From positions 1-38,271 of the IMG/VR virus record IMGVR_UViG_3300033489_000028: a stretch of 38,271 nt of DNA; one strand, 5' to 3'. The DNA is from a virus. Lineage: Duplodnaviria; Caudoviricetes. The notes beneath the pieces are model-generated. The model worked only from the letters and a program-made list of their open reading frames with translations, was not told where the DNA came from and ran no database searches. Positions 16,217 through 26,225 of the stretch are shown here, piece by piece (within the stretch, counting starts at the first letter, position 1; each line of letters starts with the position of its first letter). Position numbers and translations under genes: made by a program.

Positions 16217-17943
16217 CGACGCACGCCCACGGTCGCGGCCCAGACATCCAGGGTCCAACATGGCTCAAGGGGTTCGGCGCCGACACGCCCGCGCAGATGT
16301 TCGCCCGCGGGCTGAGGGAGGACGCGGCCAAGCTCGAACGCATGCACGCGACCCCGATCGAGATCGACCAGCTCGATTACGCGATCAAGTACCACCGAAG
16401 CACCGGCCGCGCGCCAATGACCTTCGGGGACAAGGCCTACTGGATCGCGCCCTACCGGGACCGGGCGCGCGTCCAGGTAATTATGAAGCCGGTGCAGAGG
16501 GGGGCGACGGAACGGGCGCTCGTCCGAGCGCTATCCAGAGCCGAGGCAGGCTACGCAGTGCTCTACGTGCTGCCCACGCACGAGATCCGTAACACGTTCG
16601 TCCCCAACCGCGTGCACCGTCTGTTCGAGATCGCGCCGCACTATGCCGAGCGGGTGAAGGAGTCGCTCGGGTCCAGCAGCTCGACACTGATGATCCACTT
16701 CGGCCTCGGGATGGTGAAGTTCGTCGGCTCGAACGTGCCGAACGAGTTCATCGAGTATCCGACAGACTCTCTGATCATCGATGAGCTCCAGCGGTGCAAC
16801 CAGCGCAACCTTCTGCGCGCCCCGGAGCGGCTGGCGAACTCGAAACTGGCCGAGCAATTGAAGCTCTCGCGCCCGGAGGTCGAGCATACCGGCATTCACG
16901 CCGAGTACCTGCTGACGGATCAGAAGCAGTGGAATGTCCGCGATGAGGCGTGCGGCGAGTGGCAGCCCCTCGAGTGGGAAACGCAGTTCGTCCGGGAGGA
17001 GGGGGTGGGTCGATGGCTCCCGCGTGATCCCGAGTGGACGCCGGAGAGCGGGCAGGACATCCGAGCGATGTGCCGGCGCTGCGAGCGTCCCTTCGACCGG
17101 CTGAGCTCGGGCGAGTGGGTAGCGGCGCACCCGGATAGGGAGGCGTCGGGCTATCAGCTCTCGGGCCTGTTCACGGCGCCGCGCCTTCCGGGCGAGCGGG
17201 CGATGGCCCAACTCTACCGGGATTATCTGGTCGCGCTCTCGAACCCCTACGAGCTCCAGGACTGGAACAACGCGAACCTGGGGCGGGCCTATACGGCCGC
17301 GGGCGCGAAGATCACATCAACCCAACTTGAGGCATGCGCAGATAGAAGCCATACGTTCGCCGCGGCAGAGGGGCGGGCGCAGGGCGTGGTCACGATGGGC
17401 GCGGACGTCGGGAAACTTTTCCACGTCAGGATCTCCGATGAGCCGATGCCGGGCCTCCGGCGGGCCCTCTGGATCGGAACGGTCGCAAGGCCGGAGGAAC
17501 TCGATCGGCTGATGCGCCGCTACAAGGTTCGGTGCGCCGTGGTGGACAAGGAGCCGGAGCTGCACATGGCGCGCGATTTTCAGGCCCGGTGGGAAGGGCG
17601 CGTGTTCCTCTGCGAGTTCGTGTACGGACACGGGCTCGGGGTGACTACTGAAAAGGCGGTCCAGATCGACCGTACGCAAGCGATGGACATGAGCCACGAG
17701 GACGTGCTGCTCAGGCGCAACGTCCTGCCCGCCGACTGGCGAACACTTGACGCAGGCCAGTACGACGCGCAGATGCGTGAGCCGACACGCTCGCTCTCGC
17801 GGGACGCCAAGGGGCGACCCCGCTACGTATGGACCGAGGGCTCGGCCCCGGATCATCATCGGCTGGCCGACACCTACGACGTGCTGGCGCGGGCGCTGGT
17901 CAAGTCCGGCCACGTCCCCACCGGGATCGGGATGGTGATCTGA
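16213..17943 (+). CDS. Terminase large subunit (GpA-like)
   Basis: Walker A-like MKPVQRGATE, Walker B LIIDE, Zn-finger-like insert, nuclease MGADVG and DHHRLAD. Confidence 0.92.
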   Translation: MTTHAHGRGPDIQGPTWLKGFGADTPAQMFARGLREDAAKLERMHATPIEIDQLDYAIKYHRSTGRAPMTFGDKAYWIAPYRDRARVQVIMKPVQRGATERALVRALSRAEAGYAVLYVLPTHEIRNTFVPNRVHRLFEIAPHYAERVKESLGSSSSTLMIHFGLGMVKFVGSNVPNEFIEYPTDSLIIDELQRCNQRNLLRAPERLANSKLAEQLKLSRPEVEHTGIHAEYLLTDQKQWNVRDEACGEWQPLEWETQFVREEGVGRWLPRDPEWTPESGQDIRAMCRRCERPFDRLSSGEWVAAHPDREASGYQLSGLFTAPRLPGERAMAQLYRDYLVALSNPYELQDWNNANLGRAYTAAGAKITSTQLEACADRSHTFAAAEGRAQGVVTMGADVGKLFHVRISDEPMPGLRRALWIGTVARPEELDRLMRRYKVRCAVVDKEPELHMARDFQARWEGRVFLCEFVYGHGLGVTTEKAVQIDRTQAMDMSHEDVLLRRNVLPADWRTLDAGQYDAQMREPTRSLSRDAKGRPRYVWTEGSAPDHHRLADTYDVLARALVKSGHVPTGIGMVI

Positions 17944-20198
17944 TGAGGAATCCGATCACGCGGGCGCGCGCCGCCTTCTCGCGGGGCGTGAGCCGGATGG
18001 TCCTCTCCCAGCTCGCACGGACGGTGAGCGATAAATCGAACGTCGGGTGGGAGGACCTGGGGGCGTTCTTCTTCGGGAGGGAGCGGACGGACAGCGGCTC
18101 GCTCCCGCGAATCGATCGGCCGTACACGCAGAGCACGATCTACAAGCTCGCGATCGACAAGAAGGCGCGGAGTCTGGCCGGTGTTCCGCTCAAGTTCTAC
18201 TCGGGGCCGGATCCGAAGGCACCGGAGGTCATGCAGGGGCCGGTCCAGGCGCTGCTTGAGTTCCCGAATGAGCGGATGGATCGGTTCGAGTTGATCCAGG
18301 CGACCGGCACCTATCTGGAGTTGACCGGCGAATGTCTGTGGGCGCTGGACAAGATCCCGGGACCCGGGCAGCTTCCGCAGGAAATCTGGCCGCTCAACCC
18401 GGAGTGGTGTCGGCCCATCTTGGATCGCGATGGGAACCTAGCGGCCTGGGAATACACGCCGGAGCGCGGGAAGAAGGTCACGTACCTGAAGGACGAGATC
18501 GTTTTCTTCCGCCACTTCAATCCCTACGACATGCTGCGCGGGCAGGCAACGCTCGCCGGCGGGAATCTCTCGATCGCGGCCGATATTTTCTCAAAGCTCG
18601 CGAACGCCGCCTTCTTCGCCAATGACTGCCAGCCCGGCGCGGTCATGACCAAGAAGGGGACTGCGCAGGAGGGCGAGCTGGAAGACGCGAAGACGCGCTG
18701 GAACGCGAAGTTTCGCGGGTTGCAGAAGAAGCAGGCCATCGCCTTTCTGTCCGGCGAATGGGACTACAAGACGATCACGCCGACCCACACCGACATGCAG
18801 TTCACCGAGCAGCAGAACCGCTCCTGGGAGGAAATCGCGAGCGGCATGGGTCTCCCGCCGAACGAGGCGGGGATCATGCGGTACCTCAATTACGCGACTG
18901 CCTACGTGCAGCGCAGGCAGTTCTGGGAGGATTGCATCGTCCCGCTGGGCGAGAACATCGCGCGGCGCGTCAATCACTCGCTTCTCAGGCGCTACGCTCC
19001 AGGGCTCCGCTGCGCATTTGACTTCGATGACGTGGCGGCGCTCAAGGAACTCTACTCGGAGAAGCTTGACAACGCGAACAAGGCGAAGGAGCTGGGCTAC
19101 AACCTGAACCTGATCGATGAGGTCCTTGAGCTCGGGTTCGGGCCGGTCCCGTGGGGTAAGGAGCCGCTGGTTTCGATCGCACTCATGCCGGTCTCGGAGG
19201 TGCTGTCGGGGGCGGGAGCGGAGGACAGCGGCGCCGCGGCGCAGACGGCGAGCCAGTCGCTTCGCGGCTCCGTATTTGCGCTCCAGCGTATTGCCGATGA
19301 GGTGCTGGAACGGAAGGAGGTTGAGAAGTTAGTGGCGAGGGCTGGACCTGATCCAGCACTCCTAGAATCGGCACGCGCCGGCGCACCCCGCTGGCGTTCG
19401 CTTTTCGAGGGCGAGCAGCGCAGGGCCTCCTACTGGAAGACCTACCAGGCGCGGCTTCTCCCGCTGGAGCGCCGGTACGGGCGGCTCCTGCGCGGAGTCT
19501 TCGAGGGCTGGAAGCAGGAGGTGCTTGAAAAACTTGTGAAGAGCGGGATCGGCCAGGCGACGGCAGCGCGCAACCCGAACGCTGTCAAGCTGGTAGAACG
19601 CGGCCAGTATGACGAGACGATCGAGGCGCTGCTTTTCGATGAACTGGACGGTCGGCATCGCATCCAAGTCGTGTCACGCCCCGTCTTCGGCACGGCGATC
19701 CAGTACGGGATCGATCAGGTGCTGGCGGACCTGGAGCTCGATCCGGCCGATCACGTCGTTAGGCCGAAAGCAGACTCGCTCAACGCGCAGGTCGTCAAGG
19801 TCGCGGACGTCACGGAGACGGTGCGGCAAGACATAACTGAAGCGCTTAACGAGGGCTTTGACGCCGGAGAGTCCATCACCGATCTGAGTCATCGCGTCGG
19901 CGACGTATTCGACGCGAGCTTCGCGCGCACGCGCCTAATCGCCCGGACCGAGGTTGGGATCGCCGCCAGCACCGGCAAGTTCGAGGGGATGCAGCAGCTC
20001 GGGATCGAGCGGCACGAATGGCTATCGTCGCGCGACGAGAAGGTCCGCGACGATCACGTGACCGCGGACGGCGAGGTGGTTGCGATTGGAGAGCTGTTCC
20101 CGACCGTCAACATCCGCTATCCGCTGGACCCAGAGGGGCCGCCTGAACAAATTTGTGGTTGCCGTTGCGTGGCCCTACCCGTCGCCAAGGAGGACTAA
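17943..20198 (+). CDS. HK97-type portal fused to Mu gpF/SPP1 gp7-like minor head domain
   Basis: PNERM...LELTGECLW...PL.P, FFAN...PG, DMQF.E; C-terminal RTRLIARTE...EWLSSRDEKVRDDH...GCRC. Confidence 0.92.
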   Translation: MRNPITRARAAFSRGVSRMVLSQLARTVSDKSNVGWEDLGAFFFGRERTDSGSLPRIDRPYTQSTIYKLAIDKKARSLAGVPLKFYSGPDPKAPEVMQGPVQALLEFPNERMDRFELIQATGTYLELTGECLWALDKIPGPGQLPQEIWPLNPEWCRPILDRDGNLAAWEYTPERGKKVTYLKDEIVFFRHFNPYDMLRGQATLAGGNLSIAADIFSKLANAAFFANDCQPGAVMTKKGTAQEGELEDAKTRWNAKFRGLQKKQAIAFLSGEWDYKTITPTHTDMQFTEQQNRSWEEIASGMGLPPNEAGIMRYLNYATAYVQRRQFWEDCIVPLGENIARRVNHSLLRRYAPGLRCAFDFDDVAALKELYSEKLDNANKAKELGYNLNLIDEVLELGFGPVPWGKEPLVSIALMPVSEVLSGAGAEDSGAAAQTASQSLRGSVFALQRIADEVLERKEVEKLVARAGPDPALLESARAGAPRWRSLFEGEQRRASYWKTYQARLLPLERRYGRLLRGVFEGWKQEVLEKLVKSGIGQATAARNPNAVKLVERGQYDETIEALLFDELDGRHRIQVVSRPVFGTAIQYGIDQVLADLELDPADHVVRPKADSLNAQVVKVADVTETVRQDITEALNEGFDAGESITDLSHRVGDVFDASFARTRLIARTEVGIAASTGKFEGMQQLGIERHEWLSSRDEKVRDDHVTADGEVVAIGELFPTVNIRYPLDPEGPPEQICGCRCVALPVAKED

Positions 20199-20201
20199 GG
20201 A

Positions 20202-21314
20202 ATGCCCACGCTGACATCATCGCGCCAGATGGAATCAATCGCACGCTTTCTCGAAGTCCCCCAGGCCGAGCTCGTTCCGCTCTATCGAATCATCCAGGTT
20301 GGGGATGATGAGAAACACTGCCGGATGGCGCTGCCGATCGAGGTGCGCACCGAAGACAAGGCCAGCGGCGTCTTCACCTTCACGGCCTCGACCGGAAAGA
20401 AGGTACGTGACGGGAACATCATTGACCAGAACGGATGGGAGCTAAAAAACTTCAATTCGATCGGCACCATCCTCTACGGCCACGACTACTACAGCCTGCC
20501 GATCGGAAAACCGGTCGGGAAGAAGGCGCGCGTCGAGAACGGGAATCTAGTCATCACCCTTCAGTTCATGCCCGTGGACCTCTCGCCATTCGCGGACACA
20601 GTGAAGCGAATGGTTGAGGGGGACTGGCTCAAGACTGGCAGCGTCGGATGGGGTGTTATCGAGCGCGAACCGCTGACGGAGAAGGTGAAGCCGGCAGATG
20701 GGGCACCCTATGATCAACAGGTCGGGTGGCGTTACACAAGATCGGAACTATACGAATACTCGATCGCGCCCGTCCCGGCAGACCCGGGGTCGAAGAAGCA
20801 AGGCTCGGAAGTCTACGAGGTGCGAGGTCTTGAGGCATGGAAGTCCGCCGAAGCGAAAGGGCTGATCAGCTTCCCCGAGCGCGTCCTTCTCTCGATGGGC
20901 GGCGCGGTGGTGAACGGCCCGCAGGCTCCCGAACCGGCGACGCCCGCCGATCCGCCCGAGGACATGGAGCGCGTGATCCGTCTCTCCGATCTTCACGACG
21001 TAGCCGCACGCCTACAGGTCGCGCTCACGAAGCGACTTGATCAGCTCGCGGTGGACTCGCAGAACGAGCGGCTGCTCGCGCAGAGCGATCTGAAGAGTCT
21101 GGTCGGCAGGATGGAGGCGGCCGTGGACGACTTCGCGGTCGTCGCCGGCGATGCTCCGGCGACTCCGGCCGCCGATCCCATCTCCCCCACCGCAGAACAG
21201 CACGGAACCGAGGCGCCGCATGGTGCGGCTCTTCTTGGGCCGGTACTTGCCCGGCACGCCCTCGCCCGCCTGGAGGGTGCGCTGGAGGGCACGAAGGACG
21301 CGCCCGCCACCTGA
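20202..21314 (+). CDS. HK97-family prohead protease
   Basis: RDG.II...GW, ILYGHD (His), GSVGW (Ser), ELYEYSIAPVPADP. Confidence 0.9.
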   Translation: MPTLTSSRQMESIARFLEVPQAELVPLYRIIQVGDDEKHCRMALPIEVRTEDKASGVFTFTASTGKKVRDGNIIDQNGWELKNFNSIGTILYGHDYYSLPIGKPVGKKARVENGNLVITLQFMPVDLSPFADTVKRMVEGDWLKTGSVGWGVIEREPLTEKVKPADGAPYDQQVGWRYTRSELYEYSIAPVPADPGSKKQGSEVYEVRGLEAWKSAEAKGLISFPERVLLSMGGAVVNGPQAPEPATPADPPEDMERVIRLSDLHDVAARLQVALTKRLDQLAVDSQNERLLAQSDLKSLVGRMEAAVDDFAVVAGDAPATPAADPISPTAEQHGTEAPHGAALLGPVLARHALARLEGALEGTKDAPAT

Positions 21315-21423
21315 GCGCGTCCACGACAACCAAAACCACGGCACTGCCGACGCTGGGCCCGGACTCTCTCCGGGCCTTTCTGCTTGCGCGCGGCGTGGCC
21401 TAACGACCCCAGAGGAGTCGAAC

Positions 21424-22707
21424 ATGGCTGAGATCAACGTGACGGAGACGCCCGAATACAAGGCGCTCGAAGGGAAGATGCAGAAGCTGGAGGCCGACTA
21501 TCTGAAGCACGTCGGCGAGATCGCTACGAGCGCTGGCCGCATGGCGGACACGCACGACGCGATGAACCAGAAGATCACGGAGCAGAATGCGCTCATCGCC
21601 GACTACGCGAAGAGCGTGAAAACCACGGGTGAGGAGCTTGCCAGGCTCGGCATCCGCGTCGTGGGCGTGGATGACCGGGTGAAGCAGCTCTTCGAGCGGA
21701 AGACCCCGCTGGGCGGGCGTGACCCGGAGGCGGAGGAGCGCAGTCAGGGTCTCTCGGAGTTCATCGCGGCCGTTCTCAGGGGCGACCGGACGAAGATCGA
21801 CGAGATCCGAAAGCGCACGCTTACCACGGGCACGACCGGAAGCGGCGCGGAGATCATCCCGCCCGCATACCTGCCGGAGATCATCCACCTGGAGGCCGAG
21901 GCCAGCGTCATCCTGCCGTTCGCGCGGCACTTCACAATGACGGGACCGACGCTGACCGTGCCGACCCTCGGGAACGTCGTCAGCGCGTGGGAGGACGAGG
22001 ACGTAGATCAGACAGAGTTTGATACGACGAACCTGACCGGAAAGGTAACGCTGAACGCGAAGACCCGGCGGATCCTCATTCCGATCTCGAACGAGAATTT
22101 GGCTGATGCGAACCCGGATATCGGGAATGCGCTGAAGCCGGTGATCGCCGAGGAGTTCGCGCTGGCGATCGATCAGCAGGCCCTCTTGGGCACGGGTGCG
22201 GGTGGGGCCAACCCGTTCACGGGGTGGCTCGTGAAGTCCGGCGTGGTCGAGCATGTGATGACAACCGGGAAGAACACCTATGGGGAGATCGACGCGAAGG
22301 AGCTCTCCGACCTGATCGGCGTTCTCCCGTCGAAGCGCCTGGTCGGAGCGCGGTTCATCTGTAGCCGAACCGTGCTGGCAGTTCTGCGCGGGCAGGTTGG
22401 GACGGATGGACACTCTGTCTGGTCTCCGCCGGGTGGAACCATGCCGGCGACGATCTGGGGCTATCCCTACTCGATCTCCGACCAGCTCCCACAAACCGGG
22501 GACGCTGGATCGCAGGCGAGCAAGGCGTTCGTCGCCTTCGGTAACCCGAACTGGGTTTTCATCGGGGACAGGCAGCAGATGGAGATCCAGGTGTCGAGCG
22601 AGTTCCTGTTTGGCCGCAACACGACCTGCCTCAGGGCCGTGCAGCGCGTCGGGTCCGAGATGGGGTCTCCGCCGGCGGTGAGTCGTCTGGTAACGGCCGC
22701 GACGTAA
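21424..22707 (+). CDS. HK97-fold major capsid protein with N-terminal coiled-coil delta domain
   Basis: GAGGAG RBS; G..IIP, AWEDE, ISNE.L.D, D...L.G.G, TIWGYP, FGN, R..QRVG. Confidence 0.95.
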   Translation: MAEINVTETPEYKALEGKMQKLEADYLKHVGEIATSAGRMADTHDAMNQKITEQNALIADYAKSVKTTGEELARLGIRVVGVDDRVKQLFERKTPLGGRDPEAEERSQGLSEFIAAVLRGDRTKIDEIRKRTLTTGTTGSGAEIIPPAYLPEIIHLEAEASVILPFARHFTMTGPTLTVPTLGNVVSAWEDEDVDQTEFDTTNLTGKVTLNAKTRRILIPISNENLADANPDIGNALKPVIAEEFALAIDQQALLGTGAGGANPFTGWLVKSGVVEHVMTTGKNTYGEIDAKELSDLIGVLPSKRLVGARFICSRTVLAVLRGQVGTDGHSVWSPPGGTMPATIWGYPYSISDQLPQTGDAGSQASKAFVAFGNPNWVFIGDRQQMEIQVSSEFLFGRNTTCLRAVQRVGSEMGSPPAVSRLVTAAT

Positions 22708-22735
22708 CATGTCACCAGCACAGGTTGAGCACCAC

Positions 22736-22767
22736 GGCCCGGGCAGGAGCAATCCTGTCCGGGCCTT
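22736..22767 (+). terminator. GC-rich hairpin after the capsid gene (terminator or processing stem)
   Basis: GGCCCGGGCAGGA-GCAA-TCCTGTCCGGGCC; short U tail. Confidence 0.5.
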
Positions 22768-22808
22768 CCACTCCATGAGAGCCCGAGAGCGGGCGCGAGA
22801 GGTGTGAA

Positions 22809-24185
22809 ATGGCAGAGACCTTCATCCATCCCGAATCAAACCCGCTGCTCGCCGCAGTGCTCCCGAATTCCAGGCGCGATTGGCGGCTCAACTTCATGCG
22901 CGGGATCGCCCAGGACCACGCGCGGATCAAGCTGGAGAACGCGGGGATCGGTGACTTGACAGACAGCTCCAGCGGCACGGCCGCAGCCGACGCTGCGGCG
23001 GTTGCGGTTCAGGCAGCGGTCTTCGACGCTACGTCGGCCGGCGGCGCGCTCAGGACCGACTTCAATACGCAGATCGGGCAGATCGTGAACGACCTGGCGG
23101 TCATGTGCGATCACCAGAACAACGTCAGGGCTCGTCTTGGACTCCCGCGGATGATCTGGCCGGAGGGCACGATCACCACGGCCGGTACTATCCCAGCCGT
23201 GACGAAGACCGTCACCACGACCAACGGCGCTACCTCGCTTGATTACGTTGAGGGCGTGGCGGTGATGACGAGCGCTCGCAACAACCTGGCGACCGTCTTG
23301 GTCGGTCTGAACGAGATCGCTGCGGCCCTCGGCGAGCCGGCGCTGACCGAGGCAACGCTCGGGACGGCCGACCGCTTGACCCACACGCTCGTCGTGCTTC
23401 CAAGCGCGGCGGCGTCGGCGACCGGGGCCTCTTCGGTGAGCAAGGCGGCGGCCGATATCTGGTTCACGGCGATGGCCGCCAACATCGCGACGATGGCGCT
23501 CCAGTGGAACCTCATGTTCAACCAGGGCGCGCTCGCCGATCTAACCACCGCTATCACCGGCGACACGATCTCGAACACGCTGGCGGCGATGACGCTGCCT
23601 GTCTCGTTCGTGACGGCCGGGACGGACTGCGCTCCGAAGGCGGGCTTCGATACGGCCATCGATCTCATCGGGAACAACGTCGCGGACCTCTCTCTCCGGG
23701 CGGACCTCCTTCTCGCCCGCTACAACCTTCTCCCCCTGCTGGACTATACCGCCGTGGACGGCACCGCTAACACGGCGCTCGAAGACCACCTTCACAATCT
23801 GACGGAGGTCACGGGAACGACCGTGTGCGTTGAGGACGCGACGGGGATCGCGCGTTGCACGGCGATCCGCAACGCCATCGCGTCCCTCGCTGAGAAGGTA
23901 AGACTGCTTGCCCCGTACTTCGGGGCCATCCCGCTCACAGACTCCACTGGCGGAACGGCGTCGAGCACGATCGGCATCATCGGGACCGCGACGGCGACCG
24001 GGGTTTCGGGAGCCACCGGCGGGAACGAATCGCTCGAAGGGACGGTTGTCGATGCCTTCCTGCTAGCCTGCAAGAACGCCGAGGCGTCGATCTACTCGAA
24101 GTTGAACGAGTTCACCGGTACGGAGTCGGGCTCAGGTTTTGTCACGAAGCCCCTGCATGTCGTGGCCGGCCTGGAGACGCACTAG
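22809..24185 (+). CDS. Putative head fibre/decoration protein with internal repeats
   Basis: Follows capsid; Ala/Thr-rich; LTDSSSGTA/LTDSTGGTA and six N.A.L...N helical units. Confidence 0.6.
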   Translation: MAETFIHPESNPLLAAVLPNSRRDWRLNFMRGIAQDHARIKLENAGIGDLTDSSSGTAAADAAAVAVQAAVFDATSAGGALRTDFNTQIGQIVNDLAVMCDHQNNVRARLGLPRMIWPEGTITTAGTIPAVTKTVTTTNGATSLDYVEGVAVMTSARNNLATVLVGLNEIAAALGEPALTEATLGTADRLTHTLVVLPSAAASATGASSVSKAAADIWFTAMAANIATMALQWNLMFNQGALADLTTAITGDTISNTLAAMTLPVSFVTAGTDCAPKAGFDTAIDLIGNNVADLSLRADLLLARYNLLPLLDYTAVDGTANTALEDHLHNLTEVTGTTVCVEDATGIARCTAIRNAIASLAEKVRLLAPYFGAIPLTDSTGGTASSTIGIIGTATATGVSGATGGNESLEGTVVDAFLLACKNAEASIYSKLNEFTGTESGSGFVTKPLHVVAGLETH

Positions 24186-24209
24186 CCGGGCGCTGGAAGG
24201 GAGGAGGCG

Positions 24210-24473
24210 ATGGGACAGTACCGCGTGACGCTTGGCGCCGTGATCGTCGAAGGCGGCGCCAAGCATAGGGCCGGAGAGACGGTTGAGATGACGGCGGACC
24301 GTGCAAAGGAACACGGGGTTGCGGTGGAGGAGGTTTTGCCTGAGCCGATCAAAGCTGACGACGATTGCCCCACTGGCAACGCTTCTGAGATCGCTGCATT
24401 CGACTCCCCGCCACAGGATCGGATGATCCACCGCGAACAGTCAAAACGACGCGGCAAAGGAGGAACGCGATGA
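24210..24473 (+). CDS. Small head-module protein
   Basis: GGAGG RBS; ...AGETVEM....A; C-terminal PPQDRMI. Confidence 0.7.
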   Translation: MGQYRVTLGAVIVEGGAKHRAGETVEMTADRAKEHGVAVEEVLPEPIKADDDCPTGNASEIAAFDSPPQDRMIHREQSKRRGKGGTR

Positions 24474-24922
24474 TCCGTCGAAGTCGTGCCGTTGGTGTAG
24501 TCCTAGCGGTGCTCTTGGCATGCACGGTCAGCACGGTATTCGGAGGGCAGCCTGGGAATTGGAAAGACAAAGTTGCGGACGGCGTATCGCTATCGACTTT
24601 CCCGACCGCCTTCCCAATGGATTTCGGAATCGCAGAAGTCGGATCGTACAGAATCAACTACACATACGGCGGAACCGGAACAGTCACGGTCCTGTTCCAG
24701 GGGTCCGTAGATAACGTAACCTGGGTTACATTGACCACTCCGGTCAATGCCTCTTCTGCGAGCGTTGAAGTTCAGCGAATCGCAATCTCTGCTGATGGCG
24801 CAGGAGTTACTACGCCGCTATTAGTATTCCCATATTACAGACTGTACTTCACGGCCGCAGGCGGGTCGCCAGCGCTGACTTCACTCCACATCTTCATCTA
24901 CCGCAGGGGAGGGACGACCTGA
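24470..24922 (+). CDS. Signal-peptide-bearing beta-sandwich protein
   Basis: N-terminus MIRRSRAVGVVLAVLLACTVSTVFG; mature part has a QGS.D..TW ... PYYRL beta-rich pattern. Confidence 0.75.
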   Translation: MIRRSRAVGVVLAVLLACTVSTVFGGQPGNWKDKVADGVSLSTFPTAFPMDFGIAEVGSYRINYTYGGTGTVTVLFQGSVDNVTWVTLTTPVNASSASVEVQRIAISADGAGVTTPLLVFPYYRLYFTAAGGSPALTSLHIFIYRRGGTT

Positions 24923-24924
24923 TC

Positions 24925-26205
24925 ATGAAATGGCGCGGCGATATGCTCCGCAGAATACTGACTGCTTCCACCGCGCTCGCGCTCCTCTCCGCCTTCATGG
25001 CCCGTCCAGCGGGCACCGTGGATCTGTGGCCATTCGGATCCACGAACCTCGCCGTGAAACCAGCGCGGATGCTCTATTGGGGCGCGATCTTCCGGCACAA
25101 CCCGGATGCCTACGTGTGCGAGGTGCTCCGGACCTCTGAGATCGTCGAGGCGGACGAGGCGCAGATGGCGCGGGCGCGGGCGCTCCCGTGCGGCGCGGCT
25201 TACGGCGGGCAGTGGCTCCGTTACACGGTGTTCATGACCTGGCGTTGCCCTGGAAGCGCGCCTGGAACGTGCCCCTACATGAAGAACACCATCTACGGTT
25301 TCAACGAAGAGGTACCGGACTCGGCGCTTCTGACTCACGAGCGTGCCGGATCGATTGATTGCGCGGACGCGACAGGTCCGAAGCATCGGGAATGGAAGGC
25401 GGGCGATCCGATCGACATCCTAGACGGGCCGGTGTTCTGCGATGGTTACTACGCCCGGAGAGCGATTGGAACTCATCTGTTTCCCGATCCCGGAACTCCC
25501 TGGGTGAAGGAGGCGATGAAACGATATGCGACCGCGCGAGTCGCCCAGGGATATTCGTTTGCGCGGATCGATGAAGCTACCCGCGTGGATCAATCTCCAG
25601 CGTGGGTCGCAAACGATGTCCATCAGTACCAAGGGCCTGACGGGCATAGGCGATTTAAGAGCGCCGAGGCGGCGGCTCTTCGAGACATGAGGAGCGTCCC
25701 CGGCTGGACGGCTACATGCCCCGGGAACGGTACCCCCTGGGACGATGAGGCGATGATCCTCAACCGCGCCGGGGGCTGCGCCACGACGGAGGGGCTACCG
25801 GCTGGCGGGGGTATATTCCAGAACTACGAACGTCTTTCACATTCCCAGCTTCGCGCTAAGTACGGGGCTGCATATCAGGTCCAGATGGGCGTGGAGAACA
25901 GCCCGGATGAGATTCCGAACAACCGCGGAATGGCGATCCGATATGAGGCGACCGAGCGCAATGTGCGGGGGGTGGCGCAGATCGTGAAGCAGGCACGCGT
26001 CTCGAACTCCCCAAACCTCTACTGGCTACTCGATTGTCCGGACATCCTGACGATCTACGGCGCGGATCTGCAAGACGCCGTCGGCTACGGCGGGGACGTG
26101 GTGATGTGCATAGACCACTGGGGTAGTTTGCGCGATCCGGCGACCGGACGCCTTCCGCCGTGGTTTCAGGATTCAAAGCATCGTCCGACTTGGAGCACTC
26201 CATGA
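24925..26205 (+). CDS. Signal-peptide-bearing protein, possibly glycoside-hydrolase-like barrel
   Basis: MLRRILTASTALALLSAFMARPA; several Cys; DPGTPW......GYSFARIDE segment (fold call is tentative). Confidence 0.6.
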   Translation: MKWRGDMLRRILTASTALALLSAFMARPAGTVDLWPFGSTNLAVKPARMLYWGAIFRHNPDAYVCEVLRTSEIVEADEAQMARARALPCGAAYGGQWLRYTVFMTWRCPGSAPGTCPYMKNTIYGFNEEVPDSALLTHERAGSIDCADATGPKHREWKAGDPIDILDGPVFCDGYYARRAIGTHLFPDPGTPWVKEAMKRYATARVAQGYSFARIDEATRVDQSPAWVANDVHQYQGPDGHRRFKSAEAAALRDMRSVPGWTATCPGNGTPWDDEAMILNRAGGCATTEGLPAGGGIFQNYERLSHSQLRAKYGAAYQVQMGVENSPDEIPNNRGMAIRYEATERNVRGVAQIVKQARVSNSPNLYWLLDCPDILTIYGADLQDAVGYGGDVVMCIDHWGSLRDPATGRLPPWFQDSKHRPTWSTP

Positions 26206-26225
26206 TGGCTCACGGAGGTCAGAAC

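Noticed and set aside
17829-21423. Extended N-termini in the ORF track for portal (17829) and capsid (21151); likewise 6035, 7452, 3361, 26160
   Set aside because: They overlap upstream genes; downstream starts have better RBS or coupling and match family N-termini
21400-22776. Long minus-strand ORFs (this one, 1621-2445, 6407-7282, 29500-30432 and others)
   Set aside because: Antisense shadows of well-supported + strand genes, expected with high GC3; no recognisable motifs
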